Below are positions 41,316 to 54,659 of a DNA stretch of 64,000 nucleotides, piece by piece. Under the pieces are notes generated by a model. It saw only the letters and a list, made by a program, of their open reading frames with translations, did no database searches and had not been told where the DNA came from. The DNA comes from the human T2T-CHM13v2.0 reference genome, Homo sapiens. A program made the position numbers and the translations under genes. The stretch lies in assembly GCF_009914755.1 (NCBI RefSeq), contig NC_060928.1; one strand, given 5' to 3'. Every line of letters begins with the position of its first letter. Within the stretch, counting starts at the first letter, position 1.

Positions 41316-43006
41316 AGCAGGACTATTAAATAGCAAGTCAGAGAAGAATTCAGGAGTCTGTCTTCAAGCACAGTGATCCCTGTGGTGGATTCAACAATCC
41401 AGTTGCCTTTCGCTACCATTTAGAACAGCATCTTTGAATCTTTGTTTCTTATTTGGTGTAGGCAGGGAGCTCCCTTAAATGTTCAAATCAAAGAGAAGAG
41501 AGGAAGGAATGTACAGAGGGAACAACTGGTTTGATGCTATGAGAGGTGGTTTGGCATATTTCGTGTTTTGAATATTTCATAATGCGTATTTTAAATGAGA
41601 ATGTATAATATTTTTGTTAGTGATATTACACTACAATTATTACCTTCTATCTCACTCTTGGATAAGAAAATATGAACAATTATTTTATAATGTATCCTTA
41701 GAGATACTTACTCCTAAGAAGTGAATTTTTCCTTTATCTTATATGCATGTTATTCTTGGTTTGATTAATCAAGAATAATTGATAATGAGTCTAATCTACC
41801 TAAATGATTTCTTGATATTTTAATATTATGTGTCATTCACTCCCAATTCAAAGTAAGATGTACTGTAATGATGAAAGAAAAAATACCTTCTTGCAGCCAA
41901 TTGAGCTTCATGATGTGGCCCTTGATTGAATTTCCAATGGAATAGTTCATTTTAATCTGTACAAATTGGAAGCAATGAGAGGAAGAAAAGTTTCCATGAA
42001 ACATCCTTAGAGGCAGCAAAGAGGTTCTTTTAGAATGTCAGGTCATTCAGGCCTTTGGCCTGAGGATTAGCAGGGGAGATGCCTAGGGAAGCTAATAGGT
42101 TCTCAACGCTGCCAGAATCTGCCTCTTGGAAAATAGTTATCTTTAATTTTTGGTGCCATTTAACAAAATGTTGTATCTTTTGTGCTTCCTGTCTGGACAA
42201 AGCAGAGAAGAAATAATACTGTCATATAAGAAGGGGACCTATGTTTGGGAAGTCAGAGACAATATTTTACATCCCTGAATTTCAAGGACTAATTCAGTGT
42301 CTGGCAGAATACATACAGTTATGAAATTTTACATTGTTTGTCACATGTCCATATTTGCTTTCAAATCTTAGTTTTTCAGTTTTAATCAGGAATAATAACA
42401 ATAGCTCCCACCTTGGCTGGGTCATTTTTAGGATAAAAAGTCATTATGTCTGTAAATATGCTTATTGAACTCTCAAATATGCTGTAAATATAAGAGAAGA
42501 AATATTGGAATACTGCATTTGTGGTGGAAGGTGTTGCTTAGGAGAGAGGTGAGAGAGGTTGCAGCCAGTGTACTGATCATTCTTTTGAAGTGGGAGTAAG
42601 TACAGAAAATTCAATACAGGAAACCAAGAAAGAGAAACCATTTCGGGAGAGAAATGGAGTTCAGTTTTGAACTCAAAATGATTTTGGCATAACTGTGAAG
42701 TGTATATCTCAGACAGTGGTTTCACAATGATCCCCTTTCCTGCCTCAGATGGAGAAAATAAAGATTATTTTTCATAGTGGTCAATTCTATTTTGACCTAA
42801 AAAAGGAAACAGTGTTTTTCTAGTCATCTTTTTCTAGCTTTTCCTCAAATTCAACGTTAATAGTGTCATTTCCTATTTAAAATGTGAACCATTTAAAGTA
42901 TATTCAGGGTACTTATGTTCAGAAAATACTAATTCTACACCAGGAGGCTTATGATCTTTAGTTCCTGTGTCTACTTATGTCTCAGTTTAGAATTAATTTC
43001 GAATAA

Positions 43007-43408
<402 letters not shown>

Positions 43409-44349
43409 TAATTTAAGAGAATGGCACCATTAATTTATTTGCTGTTGATTTCCAGTCAAAAGAGTTTTAAAACAGAATGATCTTTGATGGAATCTTAGGT
43501 TGTCAAATATAAAATAAAAAGATAATTTTTATTTCTTGTTCATAATTTCTTTTATAGTTTCATATTGAATGTATAATTCTCTTACATAAATTAATAGAAT
43601 TACATAGAAGGATCGAAATATGTTTTATAGAATTTTGTGTTCTTTAGTTACATTTTCTCTGAAAACATAATTAGCTAGAGGAAAGGAAACTTGTGCTCCA
43701 AGGATGGCAGAAGTAAAGCCTGAAGTGGGACAGAGATCCCATTTAGAACCAAACTAAAGGAATCTTGTTGGGACTTCGGGCCTCTTTTTTCCACCTCCCC
43801 TAGAAGACTCCACCTTCATTGTTAAGGACCTGTGTTTTCTGATAAGAAAAGACATTTGCAAATACTGATCTGCAGATGGAAGAACGTGAAAGCAGAGGCA
43901 GTGTGCTTGTGTGTGCGCAAAAACACTGTTCAAACTGAGAAGTGGGATAGAGTGGATCCACGTAAGCCAAGTGTTCTTTCTGTCTCTTTGCATCTTTGTT
44001 TAGAGTCTAGCTTTTCAGCATGTTTTTTCTAATATGTAAAGTCAGTGATAACTTCAATAAAAACAATTTAGGTATGAAATTATTGGAACTTAATTTGACC
44101 ATCTCATTCTTTTTTGCTCTTAATAAGTCGGTCCATTGTAAAAGAGCCAAGAGTGGAAAATTGAGTGCTCCAATGGGAAGGAAGGGTCTCAGCATCTTTT
44201 TCTTGCTCCCAGGCAGTCTAATGAATATCAAGGTAGATTAAATATAAGAAATTTAGAATCAATGGAGCATAACTTGAATGAGTTGACCCAGTCAAAAATT
44301 GTGATGATTGGTCATTTTTATAAACAGTCAGAGTAGGATAGAGTAGGAA

Positions 44350-44530
44350 AATATAAGCGTTGTATTTGATGTCAGGCTTATATGTTCAAATCTTGCCTTG
44401 GTCTTTTTCTACTTCCTGGCTGTGAAGTCCTTGGATGAGTGATGGAATTTTCAAAGTCTCAAATTTACCTGCTCCACCTCATCTGTTATATGGATACATT
44501 GCAATAAAATTTAAAATATGGACTTATGGA
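44350..44530 (+). mobile_element. MIR fragment
   Basis: gttcaaatcttgcc...acttcctggctgtgaagtccttggatgagt...cctcatctgt. Confidence 0.5.
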
Positions 44531-44983
44531 CTATTGCAAATAAGGTTCATATTTCAGGAAATTGAACTTGCAACTTACATGTACTGCTAATCAGGGTCCT
44601 AGATTAGGCATTAGAAAGTGACATGAGAAACATGAGATCAAATAGGGTTCCCTGTTTATCCCTGTTCCTGAAAGATTTAGATTTATAACTATGGCTTTTC
44701 TACAACATATAAATCAAAGTTGAAAGCCTTTCTGGTAAGTATGTGGATTTAAGGTTAACTGTTCTTTCAAAGATGATATCTCATTATAAATTTACATGAA
44801 GTAGATGGCTAAAATGTTTGCTAGGGCTGATTCTGATGTTTAGCTCTGTCTTGGTGGCGACACTCTTTTCTTAGCTTTGGTCTAATATAGGATGATCTCC
44901 TAAATGTATTGTCCAGTTTATTGTCCAAACCAGGACTCCTTTCGGAATAAAAAGGATAATATACTATTAAGATAGCTCTTGGC

Positions 44984-45116
44984 AAAGGAAAAATGCTTGA
45001 GGTGATAGATATCCCATTTACCCTGATGTGATTACTACACATTGCATGTGTGTATCAAAGTATCTCATGTAACCTATACATATGTATACCTACTATATAC
45101 CCACAAAAATTAAAAA
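44984..45116 (+). mobile_element. Very short L1MA 3'-terminal fragment
   Basis: aaatgcttgaggtgatagatatcccatttaccctgatgtgatta...tacctactatatacccacaaaaattaaaaa. Confidence 0.85.
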
Positions 45117-47117
45117 GTGTTGCTGTTGGGGTGAAAAAGACACATTTGGACTGATTGGAGGCAAACTGGGGCAAATAAGCACCCTAGTATTAGAATACTG
45201 CCTATGGGCCTGTGATCAGCTTGAAGTTTGGCTCAGCCTCAATGTTCCCCTAGGTATATTCTCTTTCAATCGCCAATAATTCTGTCTTAGCAGCAGGTTA
45301 TTCTTTCCTTTTATGCTGATTAAAGAAACAAATTATATTTTGTTTTGGCTATGTTTTATTTTTAATTACTTAGAGGACTTTTACTTTTTCCTTCACAGGC
45401 AGCAGAAAAAAGGACAAATAGCTAAGTATAAGTTGTCTTCCTTCATATAAACATATTTAACTGATTTTTAAAAATCAGAATCTAGTGCCTGTAATTGCTC
45501 CCTTTATTATTATTTTTTTGTCCTTTCTCCCTATCTGCTAATTGAGTGCAACTTCTAGCAGAACTGATTGGACATTGGCAATTGCATGAATTCATACCCA
45601 ACCTCAAATGCTTTTACAAGTATTCTCACATGGAGTGTACTGTTTTTTAAAAATGTAAAGATAGTTTACCAAAAAGATTAAAATTTGCTTTACCTTGAGT
45701 CCCAAGAGGAGAAATCATCAAGTAACCAACAGTTTTGATCATTTTTATTTTTTACAGAACTCTATTATAAAGTAACAATGACTTCAAATAAGATGTTAGC
45801 CTTAACGGTTAAGGTTTCATAAGTGTATATACATTTTTAAAAGGCTATTTGTTATAGATAATAACTATAAGATATTGTCTTGCATTTTTGAATTAATTCT
45901 TCTCTAGATACCATGTTATCTAATTTATTCAACCTCTACAAACTTTTGTCTCAGGTGTGCCCTTTCTGTTTCATGTAGAAGTCATTAGATTCTCCTAAAA
46001 GTTTTTTTTCCTATCTCTGTTCCAAAGTCCAGTTTTACCTGAAGAAATGATTGTGTGGTAGCCTGCATTGGTCTCTTCCCCTCATTCTCTTGCTCTTTCA
46101 TTGCTGGCCTACTTTATGTAAACCTTACTCCTTGTTTTACTTCTGGCATCCCAGGTTTTTTGTGGTCTTATCACTTTCTATGTTTTCCACATGAAACTGG
46201 CTTTGAGAGCATCATTCTCACACTGTGCTCTGAAGCTTGCCACCTTCCTCCTTTCTTCTTCTCTGGTGATTTTGGCCTGATCCTTAAGTCACTTTCCTTT
46301 AGAAATTACATGATCATAGGCTCATTCATGGAAAGACTGTTAGAGATTGTCCAGAGCCTAGGACCCTCTTTTGCTCATGAGCACATTGAGAGGTTAAGTG
46401 GCTCAAATGCTTCACAGGTAGGAATTTTTTGAATACTCTATGAATTTTTACTAAAAATAGGAATTATATTCATATCATCAAAGTAATATTAATGTGGCCT
46501 ATTAATGTGGGCTATCTAGGAGATAGAAATAGCCCGATTATGTAGAATTTGTTAATTGTTTTCATTACATGGGATCCATTTTTACCTGTGCTCTACTATA
46601 TTGTATTAGAGTACAATAATTAATTCCTTTGAAGCCTATTGAATATAATGTAAGAGGTAACTAACCCAGTGTTTGGAGAACTATTCCTACAACCTGCTAG
46701 GTGCAGTGAATATATCATCCTCTAGGTTTCTCACAGAATTTAGAACCCAGCAGAGTTTACTCCAGTTCCAAATCCTATTTCTTTTCATGCAGATCCAAAC
46801 CCTTTTCCACAGCTTGCACTCTCCACTCTTCTTTCCTACTGTCTCTCCTGCCCATCCTTTCTCTCTGTCCCCAGGCTCAGATTGGAACTCTTTTCTTCCC
46901 AGATTAACTAAAATTAATTCAGTGTCTATCAGAAACATGTCACTATGTATACATGTATTTGCTTGGGAATATTTTAAATTGGTGCTAAATGATAATTTTG
47001 TGTTGTAATCCTCTTATTTGCAAAGGCTACATAAAATATTCTTGATTATATTCTTGCATAGCCTATAACATGTTCTTAGGTTTCCTATGCTATGTTTATC
47101 CTCAATAATAAACTTTT

Positions 47118-47165
47118 ATATACACATACATACATACAGACACACACACACACACACACACACAC
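47118..47165. repeat. (CATA)n/(CA)n microsatellite
   Basis: Read directly from the sequence. Confidence 0.9.
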
Positions 47166-49164
47166 TGACTTTGCACAGCATCTTCTGTATCACTGTAGGA
47201 AGCCTTAAAGTAATACTAAATTAACAAAAAGATGTGTATATTGCAAATGCAAATAACATCTCTATGATTTATTCAAATTATAGTGAAAATCTATATATGC
47301 TGATATGGATATGCATTTGTCACCAGGACTGGTTTGTTGAAGGTTTTAATAGTCAAACATAGTTTGTAATTATGTTAAAAAGACATGAGATAATTTTTCA
47401 TAGTTTTCACATATCATTTATTGAACAAATACCATTGTAATAATATTAGTGGAAATCAGAGTTCAAAATTATCACACTATGTAAGAAAAATCTCTTCCAA
47501 AAATCCAACTATACAAAAAATAAATCAGCTTTGCTTTTACATATTTCCTTCTGATTTCAGTCTTTGTGCATGCACAACTGAGCATGCTGTAATATATATA
47601 CAGTATATGATTATATGTTATATTTAGGCACCCATCTCTATCATTATTTCAGTAGATGTTACTAATCTTGGAGCTTTAATTGTTAATTCATTGAACTAAA
47701 AGTCATGGAGCTTGTCACATGTGTCTCAGCTCAAATGCCATTTTACCCAAATTTTAGCACTTATGGACAATTAATTTTAACCTTCTTTACCGTAGTGTTT
47801 TTATATGTAAAATGTAGATATGACCACCTAGCTTGAAGGGTCAAATGAAAAATACATTAAGTAAATGAAACAGATTTTGAAAGAATGAAAGTGACTGGCC
47901 CACAATGAATTTTCAGTCAGTATTAGCTTTCCTTCCCCTTTCTTCTGTGCCTTCCCTCAAAACTTCATAAATATAATAAATGTAATAGACTTTATTTAAA
48001 TAATTGTACATTTTACTTCAGTCTGTTTTGTGCACATTTGCCAAATATCTTGAGGCTAGAGTTAATTGATTTTTGTAATTATGTCAAGTGAAGAAAACTG
48101 CCTATGAATATATGAGTTATTTATATTCCCATTTTCAAACTCAAACAAAGAGATTTGCTATTAGTTTAACATGACAGAAAACACCTAGTACAAATTTTTG
48201 TTATTTTTTTTATTCTTTCTCCTTTTGGCTTCAGAACTTTCATAAAATAGGAATCTTTCCAGTTACTGATAAACCCATAATCTTTTTACTGCTTGGACTC
48301 ATTTTAAGATATAACTCTTCTTTCATGACCATTTAACTTTATACTTTTATATCTTTAAAGTCATAATCTCTTCAATCTATATTGTTTTCTGATTTTTAAT
48401 GTTCATGTTTCAGCAATCAATTCTTAATTTCTTAATTTCTTTTAACTTTATTTAAACAATTATCCACATTCCCGGGTCTACTCTTTTTCTAAAACTTCTA
48501 ATATATACTGTACTGAAAAGTTTGTTTTCTCCCATGTTTATGTAAGATAATTCTACACATGAAAAGTATGCTTACATGAAAAAAAATAGAGGGAGATAGA
48601 AGTTACAGGGATTTAGGTAAGCATTTAATTCTCCTGGCAGTTTTACATACTGGAACTGATTTACCAACTGTTCTTTTATAAAATTAAACTAGACTTGTCT
48701 TTCAGAATTGAGCTATCACTGCAATTTTAATCAACAAAACTAGTTCCTAGATTTATAACTGATTAAAGGTCAGTAACTTATTGAGACATTTGGAGGCAAA
48801 TCAGAACAATGAGCATAAGTACACTGAACATAAGTCCACAATACTAATTTAAAGGCATTTTAATGAAAAATGACTTTTATTGTATTGTAGATTTAGAATT
48901 ATTATTACTAAAATACAGCTAAAGTATTTCTATGGTGTATAAAGGATTACTGAACTAGTTTGCCCACCTTTGGTGCCACTATCATGAATGTAATAAATAA
49001 ATACAGTCTCCTTAACCCTACTTTATCTGTTAGTAAAAATACCCAGTGGGATTCTATAGAAGTATAGAATATATAGAAAGGATAAAGTGAAAATGACTAC
49101 ATCCATAATCTGTAATGAAAATGATTTATTACTTGTTATTCATGGTCACCTATAAAAACCAAAT

Positions 49165-49350
49165 AATCAGAGTAACATTTATTAAGTACTCACAATATGC
49201 CAATCATTGTTGCAAGCACTTTCTAGGCATTATCTCATTAACGTGTAGCAATAATCTTAATAATGCTGGTGTTATACCCATTTTGCAGAGGAGATAAAGG
49301 AAGTTAAACAATGCTATATAATTTGCATAACTTCTCTGAGGCACAGAAGA
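49165..49350 (-). mobile_element. MIR
   Basis: aacatttattaagtactcacaatatgcc...tacccattttgcagaggag...gaagttaaac is the reverse MIR. Confidence 0.65.
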
Positions 49351-52159
49351 TAAATAATACTGTCCGATATCTGTGCTTATTTGTCCCCTTATTAACTGTG
49401 TCAAGAACAGTTTTCACTGGGTTTGTATCCTTTCCATGCATCCTCTGCACTTCTTTTTTCCTCAGGTAGTCCCCTTGCCAACAAGAAGCCACATTCTTTC
49501 CTAGAGCCCTCTCTGATTTTCTGATCACTGTGATCCAGGTTACTCCACACATTTCTACTACATTGCCACATTGTAGTGTTTGGCACCTCTTTGCTGCCAG
49601 CCGTAAAAAATTTAAAAAAGGCAAAATATTTCTTCTACTGAGTGGTCATTAAAATATCCTAGTTTTTGTTTCTTTTTTGGTGCTTTACAAATAGCTATAA
49701 TTTTAAGGTAGCTTTTGCTGCATCACACAATGTCAGTGATTACTCTGAAATCACTAATAGGCTCAGTGTCTACCCCTTTAAGTATCTGTTCACTTCTCTC
49801 CAGTTTGTCAGTATCAAGTAGTTGAAGCTAGCATGCACTTTATTTCACATTATTCCTAGATAATTAAATATCAGTTTTTAACAACATTCCTGCCTGTAAT
49901 CCTAGATTTTGTGTGTGTGTGTGTGTGTGCCTTCTCAATCTCTAGTCCCAAGTTAAACAATTTCACTCAGATCCCCATTTTAGAGTGTACCACATGGTAG
50001 GGAGTAACTACACATATGTCACATGTATTCTATGTTTTATCTTTCTTTCTAACTGAGAGATAAGAGTGCTTAGTTAGCCATGATTCCTTGGCCTAGTGTT
50101 ATGGAAATTTGCCAGATCTTTATAGTAAACTAGCCCAGTCCTACATAAAACATTTAACCAATATTCTTCCCTTATTATGAAAAAAAGATTAAATTTAATT
50201 ATTTCACAGAAATATTTCAACTGTTATAGTTTCACATTTTTAAAAAATAAAATTTTTAGAACATATGTTTCAATGTGTTTCTTCCTGAAATTTTGTTGTC
50301 CTCTAATCCGCAAGACATTTCAACATTGTTTCTGAACACGTATTCTTTGGCTGTTCCCCTCACGTAGAGAATAGAAAGAAACTAAAAAAGAAATTAACAA
50401 TGATTAAAATAATACATGAAATAGGAAGTTAAGACTATAGTGCATTATTTACAGTAAGTCATTTTTATTTGGTAAGATGATGCGCTGTGTTAAGGTCATC
50501 AGGAAAGGAAAAAAAGGAAAACATAAAAGATTATTTTTACCATTATATTTTCAGTTTGCTTCTAATATATGTTAATGTATAAAGTGATAAATGCTCATTC
50601 ATTTGAAAAGGGGCTATATAAGATAGAGACAGGGAGAAATGTCAAATGTCAAATAATAGCAAAAACAAATAATACACACATTCAAGAGGGAGAATGACCT
50701 TTAGAATGTCTAACAGCTGCATGTGGTCTAGGTCTCTGCTGGAACAGGATAAGGACTGCATCTTATGCCATGTTAAATGTTCTTCTCTGCAGGAGTACCA
50801 GAGCAGGGGAAAGGTGCAAGAGAGTGACAGGTCATTTCAGCTAATGTCAGCCAGATATGTGGACTTTATCACTAAAGATACCAGAGATTTATGGAATGGA
50901 ACACTTTGAAGTTCAGCCAGAGTGGTTGAAAATAAACATTCAGAAGTAATCACAGCATAACGGACTTGCGTTCATTAGGAAAATGATGACAACTTGTTTC
51001 TGTTATATGTGGTTATACTCCTACCATATTTGCATTAACCTCTGCTAGCTTCTCAAGTAATCATGCCAAGGACACTGGTATCTCTTTCACTAGAGACGAT
51101 AGATTGGATTCTAAATTTACTATAGCATTAAACTTGTATTTTTCCCTGGATTGTTCTTGAATTTTCTTGTTTTGAAAGGTAATTTTATGCCCGTGATCAC
51201 AAACAGCATAATAAAATGTAACCTGAGAAAAACCTTTGTTAGCTTAAGGAACTAAAAACAACATTATTTTGTTTTTGTTTCTGTTGGGTGTTCGGAATAA
51301 ATTTAAAAAGCAGAAGTACCTGTAAGAAATGAATCTTTTAGGAGTGTGCTTTTCTAACTGCTACAGCTAAGGATTAGTTAATACCTACTGGGAAGTGTTT
51401 TCTCAATATTAATTTCTGTTTTCATGTTTCCTCTTTATGTCCTTGTAAATTATTTGTTCATTTTTATTTTTAGCAGAAAAGAGAAGATTGGACTTGAAGC
51501 TGGAATAAATTATTATTTCACATTATTTTTAAATAATTTACTCTCTGGATGTCCCTAGTCTCCTGGGTAGAGTTTGCTCTGTGTGCACGTGTATATATAT
51601 GTGTGTGCACACGTGCATGCTAATTTTACTTCATAATAGTCATTTTTTCCATGTCTAGCTTTCACTATTCAAGATTATTAACCCTAAATTGTTAATATTC
51701 CAAGAATAATAATTCCAAATGGTTAAGCATCACAAGTGGAATAGTACCAAAATTCTTAAACTTTTTTTTTCTGAGGTTCTGATCCTCTAGGAAGCTGATA
51801 GTACAGAACTGTGCTTGCTGGCTTCTTTTTAAGCCCTCTCTATTTAAACTTTGGAGTTTATTATAAAAGGAAAGAAAACCAAAGATGACATCTACATACT
51901 TTATTTCCCTATTTTAGCTTCCCCAGAGTCATGCTGAATTGCATGAACTCAATTCAATCATATTGATGTTTCTCCCTGCTTGCTCACTTTTAATACTCAT
52001 TTACTTAGTGTCTGTCCTGTTGGTCATTTGTAAGATAAAATTGGCAGAAAATTTTATGTAATTATTATTTCATTGCATTTAAATCTCATCCTGTCTACTT
52101 TATAGAGTTGTTAGGAGGCCCAAATGAAAAATTGCAAAGCACAATGATATATATTGATT

Positions 52160-52532
52160 ATTTTGATATTTAGCACATTTTGTAGAATATCTACATATGC
52201 CCTGGGTAAACAATGATAAACAAAATAGAAAAAACACTCAAAAATCTTGTCTTCCTGCAGCTTACCTCTAAAATGGAAGACAGGCAATAAAGGAATGATG
52301 ACATATGGAGGTCTATGAAGAAAAAACAGGAGCAAAATGGGGTAGAGAGTGATAGAGGATATGAATTTAGATTAGGGGGCCAATGACATTGTGTCTGAGG
52401 AAATGACATACAACAGAGACTAAAACTAAGTGATTATTCAGGAATAGATTATTCTAGTGGGAAGAAAGAGTAAGGGAAAGGAGAGAAGAGAGAGAGGGAA
52501 GAGAAAGGAGAAAAAGGAAGAGGAGTATGGGA

Positions 52533-52577
<45 letters not shown>

Positions 52578-52700
52578 TGCTAGACATTTTGAAGAACCAG
52601 CAAGAATGTTAGTGTAGCCAACAGTGAGGCAGGCAAAGGTGAGTAAGGTAGATTAGTTCAGGGAAGAAAACATAACATTATTTAATCCATTGTGGGCCAC
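52160..52700 (-). mobile_element. L2 fragment containing a (GA)n tract at ~52537-52573
   Basis: tttagcacattttgtagaatatctac...cttcctgcagcttacctctaaaatgg...tttgaagaaccagcaag. Confidence 0.6.
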
Positions 52701-54659
52701 ATTGCACTATGATAACACTATCATGTCATAGAGTCTCACCATTGTTTAAGATGTTTAAATTTTTTAATACGAATATATTCTCACACCCTCCGTTTTTTAG
52801 TCAAAAACCTCTCCCTGAATATCCTGACAACATGACAGAGGATCTGCTGTTCCTCTTCAGAGTTAGTTTCCTTGCTTGGAAGGCTCCTTGACAGCAGTAA
52901 CCAGAATCTTGCAGTGGTTTGGATGGCTGGTTTTAGTAGTAGTGACCTCTGTACAAGCGTGTCTCACTTTCAATGGAATGTCCACAAGGCACAGATTACA
53001 GATTACCTCTACATGTTAATTGGATCTATCATACTACTTGGGCAATATTTATAAATAGAGTTGGTAAGATTTCAAGAATTCCTCCCCTCAAGAAAGAAGA
53101 ATGCTTAGATAAATTTTTATTCATAGAGACAATAATTGGAAACGTCTTATTCATTATTCCAAAAAGAATCTTCTTGTGGTTTCTATAAACAAAGTAGCTA
53201 ATATAATATAAACTTAAGTTTAAACTTGACTTTATATTATTTCTTTTGTGAAAAACCATTTTATATATATACATGTCATTATAAAATATATATATAATCA
53301 TATAGCCTGTGAATTACAGTGGAAATTCTAAGTTCTTGAAACAAATTTCTAGCTAGTAACTAAAGAGAAATTAGAATGTGAAAAAGTTCTGAATTTTTTT
53401 CAAACTCATCTTCTCAAATGTATATGAAAATGATCTCAAATTAGGATATTTACATTTCTAGGAAAATGTGGTGTCCTTTAAAAGTATGCACTGGAATTTC
53501 ACTTATCAAAATTCATTTAAAAACTCTTTATTGAGCAATTACTACTCTGTTCAAGGCCATGTGTTATTCACTGTGGAGGTACTATATTAAATAAAATTGT
53601 AGAGTTTGTCCTACTTGTAGTTCATAGGAGATTGAGATGTATAAAGAATTGTTGCAAAACACAGATCATGCAGTTTGAATCATTATTGCCAAATAATGTG
53701 TCAGACTGACCTTGATTTACTTTTTGAATAAAGTTTTAAATGGTTAAAATATATTTTAATTTCTATTAAAGTTAGCACAAACTCTATATATTATTTTTAA
53801 GTAGAAAGGCAAGAGAAACTATGTGCTAACCACAAAAAGTGCCAGTGGATAAGCAGTCTGAAATTTAGACATTAGAGGTGAAATTCAGGTTACGGCACTT
53901 AGCCCGATCTGTCTTACTTTAGTTAGCTGAGCATTGATCTGTCTTCTAGTATTTGTGTTACCCCAGAAGGAAAAGAATTTGCCTTACATATTTTGCTGCT
54001 CCCATGAGGAATGGCGCTTTGCTTTTCTTTTATTGAGGGTAAGCAAATACTTGTGAAATAATAGAAAGATAGGAAAGGAGGAAGGAAGAAAGGGAATACA
54101 TGCAGACACACAGTATCTACTAGTTTTTCATTTGTTATTTCTTCTAAATTCAGAAAACTGGAATGACTCAATAGCTGACACAATTTATATAAAAAACAGT
54201 CAAATTGCTACTGTTTAGAGAGCAGACCCTATTGAGCCAGACAATTTTTTTAAAATCCTGGTTTACATAACACTGTAATCTTCTACATTTTAATTTATAC
54301 AGTAGAGTTAATTCCTATTTCATTGGACTTTTAGGCTTACTTTGAATAAGATGAGGTATTTACAAATCTAACACACAATAGAGGCAGGAACACCTGCTGC
54401 ATGATTTCCTAGCATTATTTTCCCCTACCTCTTTCCAGTATGTCCTGATTTCACTGTGGATATCTACAGATATTGCTGCACTAGGAGTACAGCATGTGAC
54501 CCAGCCTTCATTAAACCATTGCATGTGATTCTCTTGTCAGTGGTAGTTGGTAAGGGGGTCACACATGTCCTAAACTGGCAGAGTTTCAGAGAGTCTCAGA
54601 AATTATGCTTGAAGCTTAGAAACTTGAACACACGTTTACCCATTTTCAGTGATAGTACT

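Noticed and set aside
46055-47008. 125-aa and 111-aa ORFs in intron 1 as a nested gene
   Set aside because: Non-ATG starts, Phe/Leu/Ser-biased translation of pyrimidine-rich DNA, and no homology or exon structure I can recognise.
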